Shown: positions 35,698 through 44,308 of the stretch, piece after piece | How positions within the stretch are numbered: position 1 is the stretch's first letter | How the letters are laid out: each line of letters begins with the position of its first letter | Source of the DNA: Candidatus Uhrbacteria bacterium | GTDB taxonomy: Bacteria; Patescibacteriota; Patescibacteriia; JACQRZ01 | Direction of reading: 5' to 3' | NCBI GenBank assembly: GCA_016206175.1 | Contig: JACQSB010000028.1 | Span: 2,313 to 66,312 of the forward strand | Length of the DNA stretch: 64,000 bases | The notes under the pieces: model-generated | Told to the model about the DNA's origin: nothing | Seen by the model: the letters and a program-made list of their open reading frames with translations, nothing else | The model's database searches: none | Position numbers and translations under genes: made by a program

Positions 35698-35735
35698 AGG
35701 CAGGGGCTGTCCGTCGTATGGCCTGCCTTATTATT
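35698..35735 (+). terminator. Terminator-like hairpin
   Basis: AGGCAGG and CCTGCCT form a 7-bp stem with a 17-nt loop, followed by TATTATTT. Confidence 0.35.
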
Positions 35736-35763
35736 TCTGCAAAAACAAGTGCTGGGAGTGTTC

Positions 35764-35823
35764 ATGAAAAAGTTCAAATCAGATAAAACAGATTCCGAAG
35801 CGAAAAGGATACCAAACAAGTAA
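35764..35823 (+). CDS. Possible 19-aa peptide ORF (MKKFKSDKTDSEAKRIPNK)
   Basis: An ATG..TAA ORF followed immediately by a good terminator. There is no Shine-Dalgarno site, so this is speculative. Confidence 0.2.
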   Translation: MKKFKSDKTDSEAKRIPNK

Positions 35824-35830
35824 AAGGAGA

Positions 35831-35862
35831 ACCTCCCAGCCTAGAAAGCGGGAGGTTTTTTC
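35831..35862 (+). terminator. Rho-independent terminator
   Basis: ACCTCCC and GGGAGGT form a stem followed by TTTTTTCTT. Confidence 0.6.
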
Positions 35863-36040
35863 TTAGGAACGTTCTTTACAATTTCGATTCTTGTCACGCG
35901 TGAATAGCTGATCCTCATTGGCTATTCGTGTGTGGCAAGAGTCACTAATGGTTAATCTCATTATGCCTGTCCGGTAGGCAGGCAAAACTTGGTGGAGCTT
36001 CCTTCACGCACTACAACGTCTCATAGAGGAGGAACATGGG

Positions 36041-36499
36041 ATGGGGAAGAAAGCAAAAGTCAAGATGCGGCGACGCATCGTCATCAAGGGTACGGTAGAA
36101 GAATTTGCTTTGCTAGGAGATTTTTTGCGGTCGTTCGACAAATCCTTCGTGGAATTTTCTAGCGGGAATACCCAACAAGTACGCAGAGGGGATCTTGAAA
36201 TAGAGATCCTTCAAGCAGTCGACACCCGCAAGGAGCAGACGCTTCCTGGATGGTTCCAAATCGGATCTCGCCGAGCAGCTATGGTGCTTCAGGGCGCCAC
36301 GCAAGATCAACTCACGAGATTCGCGGAGGCACTTCGCAAGGAGTGGTTCCCGACAGAGGCGGAGAAAGCGCAAAAGGAGTCGGAGCGACGTCGGAATATA
36401 CTCGACAAGGTGCTATGGCATGTCGGAGTAGAAATTTTACGGGCTCGGATCTCAGCCAATCAACCCAACGTCGACGCCGCCCCTCTCAAGACAGATTAA
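36041..36499 (+). CDS. Hypothetical 152-aa basic/helical protein (GC-richer orphan)
   Basis: The ATG is preceded by GAGGAGG at an 8-nt spacing. No family was recognised. Confidence 0.6.
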   Translation: MGKKAKVKMRRRIVIKGTVEEFALLGDFLRSFDKSFVEFSSGNTQQVRRGDLEIEILQAVDTRKEQTLPGWFQIGSRRAAMVLQGATQDQLTRFAEALRKEWFPTEAEKAQKESERRRNILDKVLWHVGVEILRARISANQPNVDAAPLKTD

Positions 36500-36522
36500 C
36501 CGACCTAGTTCATTCCACGCGT

Positions 36523-36595
36523 GCTGGCAGTTCACAGGATGAACGACCTCCGGAGGAGGAGGGTAAAAGTGTGGGTTCAATCCCCGCCGCCAGCA
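36523..36595 (+). ncRNA. tRNA-like element or degenerate tRNA (non-canonical anticodon loop)
   Basis: It has a T-arm (GTGGG-TTCAATC-CCCGC), acceptor pairing (GCTGGC with GCCAGC) and a D-like hairpin (TTCA-CAGGA-TGAA). The central stem CCTCC/GGAGG closes only a 6-nt loop with no U33, and no CCA is encoded. Confidence 0.4.
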
Positions 36596-36686
36596 CATCA
36601 GAGTTCCAAAAGAACGGCATTTTTCTTCCGAAGCTTTCCAAAGTTTCGGGCACGAAAATCCGCACAGGAACTCCAGCCACATTCAC

Positions 36687-36721
36687 GAACCCTCGACCTT
36701 GCCGGGGGTTCTTCTTTTTTG
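36687..36721 (+). terminator. Rho-independent terminator
   Basis: GAACCC and GGGTTC form a stem followed by TTCTTTTTT. Confidence 0.6.
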
Positions 36722-36748
36722 TCTTTATAGAAGTGCTATAATCATCTG

Positions 36749-37345
36749 ATGAAATTGATCATTGCTACGCACAACCAGGACAAACTTGCAGAGGTAAGAA
36801 ATATCCTCGATGTCGGTGATGTGAAAATCATCAGCGCTGATGATGCGGGCATATTGGAAGATATCGAGGAGGACGGGGCGACGCTTGAAGAAAACGCGCT
36901 CAAAAAAGCGCGCTATGTATGGAATAAAACGCACGAATGGACGCTTGCTGACGATACGGGCGTATTTATTGACGCGCTTGGCGGCAGGCCAGGAATCTAT
37001 GCCGCGCGTTGGGCGGGAGAAAATGCAACGGGTGCTGACGTGCTTTCGCATACGCTCCACGAGCTTGACGGCATACCGCACGAAAGACGAACTGCAGAAT
37101 TCGTATCCGTTATCGCGCTTATATCACCCGAAGGACAGGAATTGATATTCTGCGGGACAGTGCGCGGCATCTTTCTTGTGGCTCCTCGCGGGGAGCATCC
37201 GGAGCAGTTGCCGTATGACTCGCTGTTTGTCCCGGACGGCGAGACGGAAACATTTGCCGAAATGCCGCGGGAAAAGAAAAATGCGATGTCGCACCGCGCG
37301 CGTGCGCTCGCGCAGGTAAAAGATTTTTTCTCCGCGTACTCATGA
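36749..37345 (+). CDS. rdgB: Non-canonical purine NTP pyrophosphatase (RdgB/HAM1)
   Basis: MKLIIATHNQDKLAEV, the ...DDTG... motif and a C-terminal SHRARAL. The extended -10 element TGCTATAAT ends 6 nt before the ATG. Confidence 0.9.
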   Translation: MKLIIATHNQDKLAEVRNILDVGDVKIISADDAGILEDIEEDGATLEENALKKARYVWNKTHEWTLADDTGVFIDALGGRPGIYAARWAGENATGADVLSHTLHELDGIPHERRTAEFVSVIALISPEGQELIFCGTVRGIFLVAPRGEHPEQLPYDSLFVPDGETETFAEMPREKKNAMSHRARALAQVKDFFSAYS

Positions 37346-37407
37346 GTATTGACTCCTTCCTGTACTCGCGATATCGTACAAGATGATAATTCCTAACATT
37401 TCATACC

Positions 37408-38136
37408 ATGTTTTATCGCATCGTACTTCCCTTAGTAATCTTACTTGCTGTTGGCGGTTGGTATTTTAGCCAGCAGTCGCAACAGACGAGCTCACCTACT
37501 AAAGAAACCCTTGAGGGCAACGCGGGTTTTGCCCAGAATCTTGATGTCAAATCAGCCGGCACTTCAACAGAAAGTATCCCCGTTGAAGTAGGCGGATCAA
37601 ATGACGCAAAAACGCCGGTAGCATTTCGTAATGCATTGCCGACTGATGCAGCATTAAAAGACCCCGCGACTGGGGTGGAAATAAAAGATTTCCCTCATTT
37701 CAAGCCGCAGTCGGGATTTCAGGTGCCGGACAATATGTTCCTCGAGCCGGAGAAGCCGACACCGCCGATATTTTTTGACCTGTCTGTAGGTAGCGCAAAA
37801 TTAAACGTGGAATATGCAAATAATCTCCGCAAACAGCTGCGTGGCTTATCGGGACGTGAGAGTCTCGGTGAGAACTCCGGTTTGTTTTATTCATTCCAGA
37901 CGCCTGATTTTTATACGTTTTGGATGCGCGATATGAAATTCCCTATTGATATCATCTGGATCGGAAGTGACAAGCGTGTCGTAGACGTTTCGAAAAACGT
38001 TTTACCGAATTCGTTTCCCAAAACGTTCACATCACAAGACAAGGCGCAATATGTCGTCGAGGTAAATGCGGGCTATGCTGATGCGCATGACATTACCGTA
38101 GGCGCAACGGTTGACCTGTCGACCCTGCCTCGATAA
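37408..38136 (+). CDS. DUF192-domain protein with N-terminal membrane anchor
   Basis: A TM anchor followed by the FWMRDMKFPIDIIWI... pattern typical of DUF192. Confidence 0.7.
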   Translation: MFYRIVLPLVILLAVGGWYFSQQSQQTSSPTKETLEGNAGFAQNLDVKSAGTSTESIPVEVGGSNDAKTPVAFRNALPTDAALKDPATGVEIKDFPHFKPQSGFQVPDNMFLEPEKPTPPIFFDLSVGSAKLNVEYANNLRKQLRGLSGRESLGENSGLFYSFQTPDFYTFWMRDMKFPIDIIWIGSDKRVVDVSKNVLPNSFPKTFTSQDKAQYVVEVNAGYADAHDITVGATVDLSTLPR

Positions 38137-38148
38137 GTAAAGTGCCTC

Positions 38149-39207
38149 ATGAACAAACATAGCAAGTTCATTATCCTCTTTTTCGGAGCTCTTCTTGTCG
38201 CTCTGGTTGGCGAAGGGATGTATTTGAGCATTACCACGCGGGCAGTGCCCCCAAACTCTCTCGCGCAGCAAGTGGAAGACTTAGAGATGCGGTTGACTGC
38301 AACAGAGAAAAAACTGCAAGAATTGCAAGCATCCCCATCACAGGCCACAACAAGTTCCATTGCTACGCAACTGCAAGATTTGCAAGAGCGTCTAGCGGCG
38401 CTTGCGCAAAACAATTCGTCATCTGAAATACGGGATTTGCAATCCCGTCTCAACGAAATCGCACAAAAACAAGAGAATCAACCGAAAGAGCCTTCACGGG
38501 ACGAGCTCATGACCGGTGCGGTCCAACGAGTCGCTCCTGCCGTTGTTTCACTAGTTATTACAAAAGATGTCCCGCAGCTCGAGGTGATATATGTAAATCC
38601 GTTTGGCGATGATCCGTTTTTCAAAGACGTGCAAGTGCGCATACCGCAATATCGTCAAAAGGGAGTGACACCGCAGAAAGTAGGTGCGGGCACCGGATTT
38701 CTCGTAACCGAAGATGGATACATTCTCACGAACCGCCATGTTGTCGGGGATGAGTCTGCCTCATATACCGTGCTGTTAAGCGATGGAACACAGAAAAAGG
38801 CAACGGTGCTCTACAAGGATACTGACTATGACCTCGCTGTTGTAAAGATAGATGGTAAGGGATACGCAAAAACAACACTGGGAGAATCGTCTTCTCTCAA
38901 ACTCGGTCAGACAGTAATAGCGATTGGCAATGCGCTTGGCGAATATAGCAATTCCGTTTCGACCGGCATCATTTCGGGCCTTAACCGTACGATTCAAGCA
39001 CAAACTGGAACTACGGTAGAAAAATTGACAGGGGTGATCCAAACAGATGCGGCGATCAATCCCGGCAATTCCGGCGGCCCTCTTCTTGACCTCAATGGAA
39101 ACGTCATTGGCATAAATGTAGCAACCGTATTAGGTTCAAGCAATATCAGTTTTGCCATTCCTGTCGATACCGTAAAGGTGCTGACGAAACGGTTTTTTGG
39201 GAATTGA
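38149..39207 (+). CDS. HtrA/DegP-like trypsin-fold serine protease without PDZ domain
   Basis: Membrane anchor, a coiled-coil spacer and the catalytic triad contexts TNRHVV, DLAVVKI and GNSGGPLLD. Confidence 0.8.
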   Translation: MNKHSKFIILFFGALLVALVGEGMYLSITTRAVPPNSLAQQVEDLEMRLTATEKKLQELQASPSQATTSSIATQLQDLQERLAALAQNNSSSEIRDLQSRLNEIAQKQENQPKEPSRDELMTGAVQRVAPAVVSLVITKDVPQLEVIYVNPFGDDPFFKDVQVRIPQYRQKGVTPQKVGAGTGFLVTEDGYILTNRHVVGDESASYTVLLSDGTQKKATVLYKDTDYDLAVVKIDGKGYAKTTLGESSSLKLGQTVIAIGNALGEYSNSVSTGIISGLNRTIQAQTGTTVEKLTGVIQTDAAINPGNSGGPLLDLNGNVIGINVATVLGSSNISFAIPVDTVKVLTKRFFGN

Positions 39208-39216
39208 CACATTAAA

Positions 39217-39930
39217 ATGAGAGTTGATCGTTTCCTCCGGGATTTTGACTTTTCACGTCCCGTGCTTGTATCACATGACAAGGATTTGATAGCGCAGATT
39301 CGCACTGTTTTGAAATTGCGCGTAGGCAGTCTCATATCGCTTACTGACGGCGAGGGGAAAGAAGGTGACGCTTTACTCAAGTCGATAAGCGCACGCGAAG
39401 CTGTATTTGAAATGGAAGGACCAGTACATACAGTCAGCCGACGAACTACTTGCAGGCTGTATTGCGCACTGATCAAGCATGATCGTTTCGAATATGTTGT
39501 ACAAAAGGCGACAGAGATCGGCATCAGTGAAATTGTGCCCGTTATCACGCAGCGCACGGTGAAGCGCCATGCGCGGACCGAGCGGCTCATAACGATAGCT
39601 CGCGAGGCAGTGGAGCAGTCAGGACAGGCATGGATGCCTCTTATGCGAGAGCCCATCATATTGCTATCTGCTCTGAAAGAGGTGGAGTCGCAAGGCGGTG
39701 CGGGAGTGTTTTGCGATGTTGGCGGTGAAAATATTTTTTCTGTCATGGATTCATTGAATGGACAAAACATTTCGTTATTCATTGGTCCGGAAGGAGGGTG
39801 GGATAATGAAGAGCGTAGTGCCGCACACGCTGCGAACTGTCGATTTGCGAGTTTGGGAGATACGGTCTTGCGCGCAGATACGGCAGCGGTTGCAGCTGCA
39901 TTTACTGCCTGCAATTATCATCGAAAATGA
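39217..39930 (+). CDS. rsmE: 16S rRNA (uracil1498-N3)-methyltransferase
   Basis: RsmE architecture with KHDRFEYVVQKATEIG and FIGPEGGW motifs. Confidence 0.85.
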   Translation: MRVDRFLRDFDFSRPVLVSHDKDLIAQIRTVLKLRVGSLISLTDGEGKEGDALLKSISAREAVFEMEGPVHTVSRRTTCRLYCALIKHDRFEYVVQKATEIGISEIVPVITQRTVKRHARTERLITIAREAVEQSGQAWMPLMREPIILLSALKEVESQGGAGVFCDVGGENIFSVMDSLNGQNISLFIGPEGGWDNEERSAAHAANCRFASLGDTVLRADTAAVAAAFTACNYHRK

Positions 39931-41456
39931 TTGACGCTATGCCTACCGTTTCATTTAAGGATGAGTCGCGCTATGATCTCATCGATGATTGTAATGAGTT
40001 TCGTTGGCTCATAGAATGCGCACAAAAAAGGATTCGACGATTCTTGAAACTTTCAAAAAACGAGAAAGCATCCATCCCTCCCTCTGCTATAGAGCAGACG
40101 CAAGAGATTGGCATTTGTCTTCTGAAAAATCTTGATCGGAGATCAAGCGATCTTGAAGCACTCCAAAAACGGTTGGCGAGAAAAACTGTGGCAGACTCAG
40201 AGTTGCGCAACGCATCAGCAACGCTCATTGATTGGCGCAGTTGGCTGCGGAGCATTTACGGCATAGCCGGCTCACTGTGCGTTTCTCTTGATTGGCAATC
40301 GCCATCATTCGATTTTTCTGTATGGAGTCAAGCAGGTTTGCAGCGAGGAAAGATCGAAGCTACGCTCAGCGACTACAAGCGCGACCACCATTTTGATGCG
40401 CAGGATTACGAAAAGAAATTTTTTCGTGAATATGTTGATGCGCCATTCAAGGTATTTGGATCGGCGTATGCGTGCGCGAGCGGCATGGCTGCCTTTACCA
40501 CTGCTGTCCAGTCGCTTGTCGGAGAAGGAAAGGTGACAGGGTCCGTTTTGGCGGGCGCATCTGTCTATTTTGAAAACAAAGAACTTCTTGCAAAATGGTT
40601 TGGCGACCGTCTGATTGAAACTGATGAATTTGATACAGAGGGAATACGCGCCATTTGTGAAAAGCAGCAACCCTCTTTAATTGTACTTGATACAATCGGC
40701 AATACCGCATCAGTCGCATCGTCTGATCTTGAGAAGTTGATTGCATCGATCGGTAGCGTGATTCGTAGCGAGACCTACCTCATTTTGGACAACACGAGCG
40801 CAAGCATTTGTTTCCAGCCGTTAGCGCGGATGCGAACCATGCCGCGAAAGGTTCATCTGATCGTGATCGAAAGCCTCAATAAGTTTCATCAATTTGGATT
40901 TGACCGTGCTACGGGAGGAATCGCATGGGGTGTCGGCGCTGGCATCAGCCGTTTTTTTTCCTATCGGATGCATCTTGGCACAAATATCCCTGATTTTTCC
41001 GTGCATTCGCTGCCATTGCCGAATCGCGCATTGCTCGAGAAACGGCTTTTACGCCACGGGAGAAACGCTTTTATCCTCGCTTCTCAACTTGAGGATCATG
41101 TTCGTTCCGGAGAATCACGCTTCGTAGAACAAATCGTCTATCCCGGACTTTCGACATACCCGGGCTACGCATGGATGCGGCGCAGAACGTTTCATGGCGC
41201 GTTTCTCGCTTTGCGATTCAAAGAGAAGTTTCGGACCGGCAAAATATATCGTGATTTTGTATCACGTGTTATACGGCGTGCGCGGCGTGAAAAAATACCG
41301 CTCATTGGCGGTACGAGCTTTGGGTTGTCCCCGACTCGCGTATATCTGACAGCGCTGCACGCGAGTGCCACTGAACCATTCGTGAGAATATCGGCTGGTA
41401 CGGAGACTCGTTCAGAAATCCAGTGTATCGCCGATTGTATCAAGAAAGAGTTATGA
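39927..41456 (+). CDS. Cys/Met-metabolism-type PLP-dependent enzyme with about 170-aa N-terminal extension
   Basis: ACASGMAAF, LILDNT and SLNKF (a putative PLP lysine) motifs. ATGA overlap with rsmE. Confidence 0.6.
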   Translation: MIDAMPTVSFKDESRYDLIDDCNEFRWLIECAQKRIRRFLKLSKNEKASIPPSAIEQTQEIGICLLKNLDRRSSDLEALQKRLARKTVADSELRNASATLIDWRSWLRSIYGIAGSLCVSLDWQSPSFDFSVWSQAGLQRGKIEATLSDYKRDHHFDAQDYEKKFFREYVDAPFKVFGSAYACASGMAAFTTAVQSLVGEGKVTGSVLAGASVYFENKELLAKWFGDRLIETDEFDTEGIRAICEKQQPSLIVLDTIGNTASVASSDLEKLIASIGSVIRSETYLILDNTSASICFQPLARMRTMPRKVHLIVIESLNKFHQFGFDRATGGIAWGVGAGISRFFSYRMHLGTNIPDFSVHSLPLPNRALLEKRLLRHGRNAFILASQLEDHVRSGESRFVEQIVYPGLSTYPGYAWMRRRTFHGAFLALRFKEKFRTGKIYRDFVSRVIRRARREKIPLIGGTSFGLSPTRVYLTALHASATEPFVRISAGTETRSEIQCIADCIKKEL

Positions 41457-42244
41457 ACGCAGATTACTACGATTATTGGCAGAGCAGTGTGTATGCGCGA
41501 TACATGGAGCGGATCGGATGGCGCGCTATCGGGCAAGCGCGTTCCTACGGATATGCATTCCGCATAGGTCCTGTTGCGATAGTAAAATACATCTTGACTG
41601 ATGCGGAACCGGATATTTCCTCGATCCGCGCGGCTGGTTTTCGACATGGTATGATCTATTGGGCTCCCTGGCAGCGTGCCGATATCTCCGCATCGTGGCA
41701 TACTCTGCCGCAATCTTGGTATGTGCATGACTGGCGGCAAGGAGTATCATTTGTGCGGACTGACTACCTTGACCATTGGAATGTCCGTGCGCGCCGGAAC
41801 TTACGCGCTTTTCGAGCGAGCGGAGCAGCGCTTCGAGAAGGGACTTGGCGGGAATATCAGGAGGGACTTTCTCGATCGCTTTTACCAAAAGATTTGCGAT
41901 GGCTTTTTTCTCGGAAAATTGATGCCATGCGAGGTGAAGACATGGCGTTTTTTCTTGTTGAGCTCAACGGACTCGTTGTTGGAGGACTGGCAACACTGGA
42001 GTACGACTCCATCAGCGCACATATCTCCGCGTTCCTAACAAAAGAGGGTAAACAGGTCAATGCCGGCACTGCTTGCATTGATGCATGGTATCAGTATGCT
42101 ATACGAAGCGGCATCCGTTATCTTCATTTCGGCGGCGTGTGGAACAAAACCGATCCCAAGGAGTGGCAGGGATTTTCAGAGTTCAAACGTAATTTTATTG
42201 ATAAAGAGTTGGAATTAGAGCACGCATGCTGGAGATTATTTTAA
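41453..42244 (+). CDS. FemAB-like (GNAT-fold) peptidyltransferase family protein, tentative
   Basis: The N-terminal WQSS.Y...ME..GW and C-terminal RYLHFGGV...G...FKRNF resemble the FemAB family. ATGA overlap with the upstream gene. Confidence 0.5.
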   Translation: MNADYYDYWQSSVYARYMERIGWRAIGQARSYGYAFRIGPVAIVKYILTDAEPDISSIRAAGFRHGMIYWAPWQRADISASWHTLPQSWYVHDWRQGVSFVRTDYLDHWNVRARRNLRAFRASGAALREGTWREYQEGLSRSLLPKDLRWLFSRKIDAMRGEDMAFFLVELNGLVVGGLATLEYDSISAHISAFLTKEGKQVNAGTACIDAWYQYAIRSGIRYLHFGGVWNKTDPKEWQGFSEFKRNFIDKELELEHACWRLF

Positions 42245-42290
42245 GTTTTTACCCCTGCGGTCGTCATGGGATGTATGATAGAAAATATCT

Positions 42291-42929
42291 ATGAACGATA
42301 CGAATAAGCCAGTACTATTTTTCGATTTTGACGGAGTGCTTGTAGACTCTTTTGATTTTGTCGTTGACATTGCAAAAGAGTTGAATTCGCATGTGGATGC
42401 ATCGCTCATACGTTGGGTAATGGAAGGCAATGTCATGGAGCAATTACAGGAATTAAAACGTCGGACAGGTTTTGTGGTGGATCATGATCATTTTGATCAG
42501 CGATACGGCGCGCATCTTGCTGGCCATCCGCTCATTGCTGGCATGAAGGAGGCAATAGAAGATGTTGCACGCGATCATTCGCTGGCAATCGTTTCTTCTT
42601 CGCACAGTGATCCGATCAAATCATTTCTTGACACACAGGGGATTTCGCAGCATTTCGGAGCAGTTCTTGGCAAAGATGTGCATCCGAAAAAAACGCACAA
42701 GATGCAAACGTACCTCGCTAAGTTCGGCGGTCAGAAGCAGCCAAAAAGCCTTTTGGTGACTGACTCGCTCGGAGATATAGAAGAAGCGCACAGTCTTGCG
42801 ATCCCGTCTCTAGCTGTCAGCTGGGGATATCATCCCGAGCAGACGCTCCGAAAAGGGAATCCTCATGCAATCGTACACAAACCGGAAGACTTACCCCAGA
42901 TGATTAGGGATTTGCTTTTCGGATCGTAA
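42291..42929 (+). CDS. HAD-superfamily phosphatase
   Basis: FDFDGVLVDS motif I, SSS motif II and a downstream K...D motif. Confidence 0.8.
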   Translation: MNDTNKPVLFFDFDGVLVDSFDFVVDIAKELNSHVDASLIRWVMEGNVMEQLQELKRRTGFVVDHDHFDQRYGAHLAGHPLIAGMKEAIEDVARDHSLAIVSSSHSDPIKSFLDTQGISQHFGAVLGKDVHPKKTHKMQTYLAKFGGQKQPKSLLVTDSLGDIEEAHSLAIPSLAVSWGYHPEQTLRKGNPHAIVHKPEDLPQMIRDLLFGS

Positions 42930-42933
42930 GGCT

Positions 42934-43464
42934 ATGGCGATTGTTCTGGAAATACTGATACCGCTCGCCGCGCTCGCTGTTTGTATTTTTTATTTCGTCG
43001 TATTCGTGTTTTTGCCCGGCCATTTGCCGTTTGTGCCGAGCAAGAGAAGATCGGTGGCTGCAATCATTGCCGCTGCCGGTGATATTACCGGTAAGCGAGT
43101 CCTTGATCTCGGCTCCGGCGACGGCAGGATCGTGATTGCATGCGCGCGTGCCGGCGCGTATGTGACAGGATATGAAATAAACCCTGTTCTTGTATGGTAT
43201 GCACATCGGCGCATCGCACGCGCTGGATTCAGCGATCGCGCTGTCATCAGGCGAGCTGATTTTTGGAAGCAAGATATGTCGGGCTTTGATATTATTATTT
43301 TTTATGGCGTGGTATACGCCATGCCGCGACTGGAAAAAAAGTTGCGTTTCGAGTTGCACCCTGGAGCGCGTGTCATTGCCAGCCACTGTGCGTTTCCTAC
43401 GTGGAAGCCGGTCGCGCAAAACGGCATGATATCAGTGTATGAGCAGGATCACCCCTATGGCTAG
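42934..43464 (+). CDS. Class I SAM-dependent methyltransferase with N-terminal TM helix
   Basis: VLDLGSGDGRIVIACARAG motif I. Confidence 0.75.
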   Translation: MAIVLEILIPLAALAVCIFYFVVFVFLPGHLPFVPSKRRSVAAIIAAAGDITGKRVLDLGSGDGRIVIACARAGAYVTGYEINPVLVWYAHRRIARAGFSDRAVIRRADFWKQDMSGFDIIIFYGVVYAMPRLEKKLRFELHPGARVIASHCAFPTWKPVAQNGMISVYEQDHPYG

Positions 43465-44308
43465 CAGTATACCTCCATCATATTCTTTTTTTCGACGTAC
43501 AATTCTGACTTGGTACCGCAAACACGGCCGTCACGATCTGCCGTGGCGCACAACGCGCGATCCCTATAACATTCTCGTGTCCGAAGTGATGCTACAACAA
43601 ACGCAGATACCACGTGTTATTCAAAAATATCGTGAGTTTCTTCGCGCGTTTCCTACATTGCGCGCGCTTGCCGCTGCACGTGCTCGCGATGTCCTCTCCT
43701 GTTGGCAAGGTCTGGGCTATAACCGTCGAGGGCTCTATTTGCAACGAGCAACACAGCAGATCATGGATCGCTTTCACGGAACGTTTCCAAAGAATGTTGC
43801 GCAACTTGAGTCATTGCCTGGGATCGGACCATACACTGCGCGTGCGGTAGCTGTGTTTTCTTGGAATAGCCCCGAGCTTCTTCTCGAGACCAACATCCGT
43901 CGTGTTATGTTGCATTTTTTCTTTCCCGATCAAGACCGAGTACCAGACTCGCTTATTGAGCCGTTGCTGCAAAAGGTCTTGTATAAAAAAGACCCGCGTA
44001 CGTGGTATTGGGCATTGATGGATTACGGAGCAGGGCCGCTCAGAAAAATCATGAATCCGAATCGGCGCAGTAAACATTACTCAAGGCAATCGAAGTTTGA
44101 AGGTTCGCGCCGGTATGTCCGCGCGAAAGTCGTATCGTTATTGCTTTCTCGTAAACGGGCAATGGCATCAGATGCTATCGTTCGTGTTCTTACAAACGAC
44201 ACACACTGCAAAGAGTATGTCATGCGCCACGGCATTAGCGAAGTCCTTGATGCGCTTGTGCGTGAGGGCATGATACAACTCAACGGACGCTCTTATGCTG
44301 CTGCCTAG
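43457..44308 (+). CDS. mutY: HhH-GPD adenine glycosylase (MutY-like)
   Basis: LPWR..RDPY.ILVSEVMLQQTQ and the HhH motif LPGIGPYTARAV. No 4-Cys cluster loop was seen. The alternative start is ATG 43439. Confidence 0.75.
   Translation: MASSIPPSYSFFRRTILTWYRKHGRHDLPWRTTRDPYNILVSEVMLQQTQIPRVIQKYREFLRAFPTLRALAAARARDVLSCWQGLGYNRRGLYLQRATQQIMDRFHGTFPKNVAQLESLPGIGPYTARAVAVFSWNSPELLLETNIRRVMLHFFFPDQDRVPDSLIEPLLQKVLYKKDPRTWYWALMDYGAGPLRKIMNPNRRSKHYSRQSKFEGSRRYVRAKVVSLLLSRKRAMASDAIVRVLTNDTHCKEYVMRHGISEVLDALVREGMIQLNGRSYAAA

Noticed and set aside
36250-36741. A 163-aa plus-strand ORF spanning the tRNA-like element and the terminator.
   Set aside because: It is an out-of-frame overlap with the better-supported 36041-36499 ORF, which has a strong Shine-Dalgarno site. 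It also reads through obvious RNA structure and a terminator.
38994-39914. A 306-aa minus-strand ORF.
   Set aside because: It is antisense to rsmE and the end of the HtrA-like gene. Its composition is Ser/Arg/Cys/Thr-rich and no motifs were seen.
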